Position numbers and translations under genes: made by a program. Source: Utricularia gibba (taxonomy: Eukaryota; Plantae; Magnoliophyta). From it: a stretch of DNA of 64,000 bases. This document shows positions 60,481 through 64,000 of the stretch, piece after piece. The notes under the pieces are model-generated. The model saw only the letters and a program-made list of their open reading frames with translations. It was not told where the DNA came from and ran no database searches. The stretch lies in assembly GCA_002189035.1 (NCBI GenBank), contig NEEC01000004.1:5022001-5086000 (forward strand), read 5' to 3'. Within the stretch, counting starts at the first letter, position 1. Each line of letters opens with the position of its first letter.

Positions 60481-62931
60481 TCAAAAGAGTTCCATCAGTT
60501 GGTGAGCAACATCTGTGTCCGTCCCATGAGCCAACCACGGGCAAGAAGTAGGTTAGGCAGGGAAGGTAACCAATAACATGTTCAGAGATTATGATTCCGA
60601 GCGGGGCAAGGAAGGAAGGTGTATACCTTTGAGGACAGAGGGTGGCGCGTAGAATTCGTTCCAGACATTGTGAGCTGAAGCGAGGTTCATGTTTAGATAC
60701 TTTGAAGCAAGGTATGCAGCTCCAGCGGCTATATGTTGAGGCTTGAACTGAAGCCACAGTAAGCTCCTGAGCCTGCAAAAAAAGCATGGATTCAGAATCT
60801 GCAGCCGACAGTTTCATAAACGTGAAAATTTAGTGAGCACAGCGGTGGAGCATTTGAACTGGCATGGCCCAAAGCAAGCCTTCCCTTACCATATAAGAAT
60901 TGACTGCAGAATGCTGATTCCTATCCCAACAAAAACATGCCATCGACAGAAATAGCACAACCTCCATTGTTATAGTTTACGAATACCATGTTGGTATAAC
61001 ATACACATGCACAGACGCCACACACGTTGATGGACATGGTCCGAGCAGGAAATGTAAGTAAAATTCAACCAAGAATTTAATCTTCTTTAGCAGTGAGCAC
61101 GGCATAACCAGTCAGCAAGGAAATGCATCCCCACAACATTTCCTAGTTCAACATCAGATGAAAATTAAACATTTGATGAACAGCAAATCAGCCGCCTTGC
61201 TATTAACATGATAACTGAGCAAGTTAATCCTCTACTGACCCTGCAATTATATGTCATTCCAAATAATCAATGTCATGCTTGAATGAAAGTCTGATACATG
61301 GAATAAAATGCTCAAAACGTAGACTATGATGCACAAGAGAAATTTTCAAAAGAAAGCCCCTTCCACAGCTCTTCGATGCCATATCAGGCTAACAAAAAGC
61401 ATTGACAAGAAATAAGATTGCTGCTGACAGGCATTTACTATGATTGATCTCAGTCAGCAATTTGGATGCAAATATGGGAGGTACTAGGCTTACCCCTGAG
61501 TAACGAGATGTAGAGCCAAATTCAACAAGACTGAGGGAAATCCCAATTTCTGAAGAGTGGACGTCAGAGATTCATAAGGATGGTGCACAGTTAGTTCAAA
61601 ATTTAGGGTTGTCAAAATCAGCTGCTCAGCATCAATGATCTGCTCACGGTATCTTTCAAACCAACCCTGTTCAAAGAAAGCAGGAGGATTAATCAAACCC
61701 ATCAAAGAGACAAAACAAAAGGCTTTGCTACGAAATCATTCTTTTTCACATAACAAGACAGAATCATATATTCCGGTATCCTTCTTTATGGTGTACATAT
61801 GAAACAAGCTCTGCATAACGTATGATGTGGCTTATTCAGCTAGGCAATTCAAGAACTCAACTTGGAAAGTTATGACTTGCATATGCAGTAAACTTTGAGA
61901 AAGAAAACCAGGAATAAGTTGGATGTAGAAAAACTACACCAGCAGAGGCAATTAGAGAGAGTGGGGGTGAAGCAAAACTCACAAAGGGCAGCATATAGGA
62001 AAGAACTGAGAAATTCTGCTGGTGGATAATTTCAGCAGAGACTTTGAGCACATCATTAAGAGGGCGGGGTGTCTCCTCAGACTTGGAAGCAAGAAACAGT
62101 ACTGCAGTAGCAATCACCTGCAGAAATTATGTTTATACTAAGAGAAAGATAACATTTGAAAAGATAATTCAAAAGTGACATGATCTACACCAACAAGTGT
62201 AATTCCAAAAAAACAATGCACAGAACAAAAAATCTTACATATCTATCATGACAAGCATGTGAGCGGCGAAAGAAAAATCGATGGCATAAAACCATGGCAG
62301 TCCCAATTGTGGTTTGTGGCCTGGAAATGCGTCAGAACACAACAATAGCATTACACAAACAATATATGGGAAGTATAAAAATGATCCACAATCTCCAGTA
62401 ACCAATGCATACGAATAAAACTTACAGATCAAGTCTAAAACCAAGGTGGTGAAGGAAGGCACAATAAGAGTATCTCAGTTGTGTTTCCTGCAGTGGACTG
62501 ATGCCATCTTTCCTTGATGGAGACGATTGCTCTATCTCGTCTCTTGTCATAAAAGACATATTGAGATCCTCAGACGTCAATAGGTCATGCTTTGAACTTG
62601 AGGTTGCAGGAACAACAGCAGAGGCGTTGCAGACTAAACTTGTACGTTGGATATTGTATGGGTGTTCATTCTGGGAAGGTATGGAAATGATTTCAGAAGA
62701 ACATGTTGAGATTTTTCTCCGCTTTGAAGATGATTGGGTGTCATTCTGGAAATTGCTACTATATACTTCAGAGAACGGGTGGTTATGGAATAGATAATGG
62801 CTCATTGCAGTAGGCTGTCTGTGATCGAAGGTGCTAGAACATTTGTATTTGTAGTTGGCAGAAGCATTAGACGCCACCAAAGCCATGTTTTGATGACTTC
62901 CATTGAGATGACCACGCCGAACAAGGGCCAT
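60481..62931 (-). CDS. CYCT1: Cyclin T (CYCT1-like, P-TEFb cyclin)
   Basis: [34 protein letters not shown]; [16 protein letters not shown]; [19 protein letters not shown]; [19 protein letters not shown]; [18 protein letters not shown]; last exon [10 protein letters not shown]. The start codon choice is uncertain. Confidence 0.92.
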
Positions 62932-64000
62932 AACGCCTGTCCAAGCATTCAATTTTAGTCGCAAGACGTGTGATTAGCAAAACTACCAAACTAAAAAATT
63001 TAATCTAAACGAAAAAAAAAAAAACACAAATTTTCAACATATACAAAACCTAAATCATCAGCTCAAAGACAAAGGCACTCTCCGAATCTGTTGATCAAAA
63101 ACAACATTGACTGAAAAAGAAACGAATTTGAATAAGTTGATTAACTACATCTATGAGCTACGACAACAAAAATCCATCTTTTAAGACGCGAAAAAAAAAA
63201 GATTCTTTACACAGAAAAAAAACCCAATCCCCCCACCCCCCTTCCAAAAAAAACTCTTCCCACACACAACACGGTTAAGAATCAAGGATTTAGAAAAGAT
63301 TATCAGATCATCAATAGACCAGTATTAACCACATAGATGGACAAAATTGAACAAAAAAAAGCCAGAAACCTGAATCTCCGTAAAAAAGACCAACACGCCA
63401 GTCTCCTGAGAACTTCGATCTCAAAATTCGCCAGAAGAAATCTAATCCGCTGCCAGGAAACGACAGATCGGAAGGCTAGTAACGTGAATAATCGGCAAAC
63501 TGAAACAGCCCTTCAAGGAAAGGATCGAATTTTAGGGTTGGAAAATCGCCTTTTTCCAATTCAACGAGGTAAGAAACTACTACTAGTTGGTTGCGGTTTT
63601 TCCTGGTATCCATTTGCCTTTTTGCTCTTCCAAACAATTAAAATACTTTCTTATTTTAATTATAAATTAAAATTAAAGAATAAATTCGACACAAAAGTGA
63701 TTCATTCCCGTGTACTTCAACTCAATTTTCAAGTATGATTTTGGGTTGAATTTTTTAATTAGATTCAAATTAATGTAAAAATATAACGAAAATAAAAACA
63801 ATTATTTATATTTAATATTTCAAAATTTCAACAAAATATTTTTTTATATCAAAATAATTGAATCGAATCTAAAAAAAAAAATCATGAGTTCGTATTCAAC
63901 TGAATCTAATCTCGAATTCATCCCCGAATTTTAAAACAATGTTTTGATCGATATGAAACCAAGCCCCTACCCAATTCCGTTCCAAATTGCATTAAAACAT

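Noticed and set aside
63337-63738. 133-aa plus-strand ORF at the window end
   Set aside because: Antisense to the probable cyclin T 5'UTR/promoter, compositionally biased and without motifs.

Overview
A gene-dense eudicot-like plant nuclear window with short GT-AG introns; the species cannot be identified from sequence alone. Left to right: the 3' ~8 kb of NADH-dependent glutamate synthase (GLT1, +); an ~18 kb wax ester synthase/DGAT (WSD1-like) array with three + copies and one inverted divergent copy; URI/RMP prefoldin (+); ING2 (+); a decayed dipeptidyl peptidase IV fragment (-); a myristoylatable CBL (-); proteasome beta-4/PBD (+); an unassigned 85-aa His/Pro-rich secreted peptide (+); WNK1-like kinase (-); SurE nucleotidase (+); a Sec14/CRAL-TRIO protein (+); TIME FOR COFFEE (-); and a cyclin T (-). 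The WSD array also holds two orphan terminal exons plus Copia and LINE debris. Three observations stand out. (1) The array shows a tandem duplication of a two-gene block followed by reciprocal loss of one gene body from each copy, with a 5-bp microhomology at the junction. (2) The His/Pro-rich secreted peptide matches no family I recognise. (3) Several conserved genes carry frameshifts at short homopolymers, which most likely are assembly errors rather than biology. I see no CRISPR arrays, rRNA or tRNA genes, and no clearly novel multi-gene system. All family assignments are from motif recognition by eye; no searches were run.
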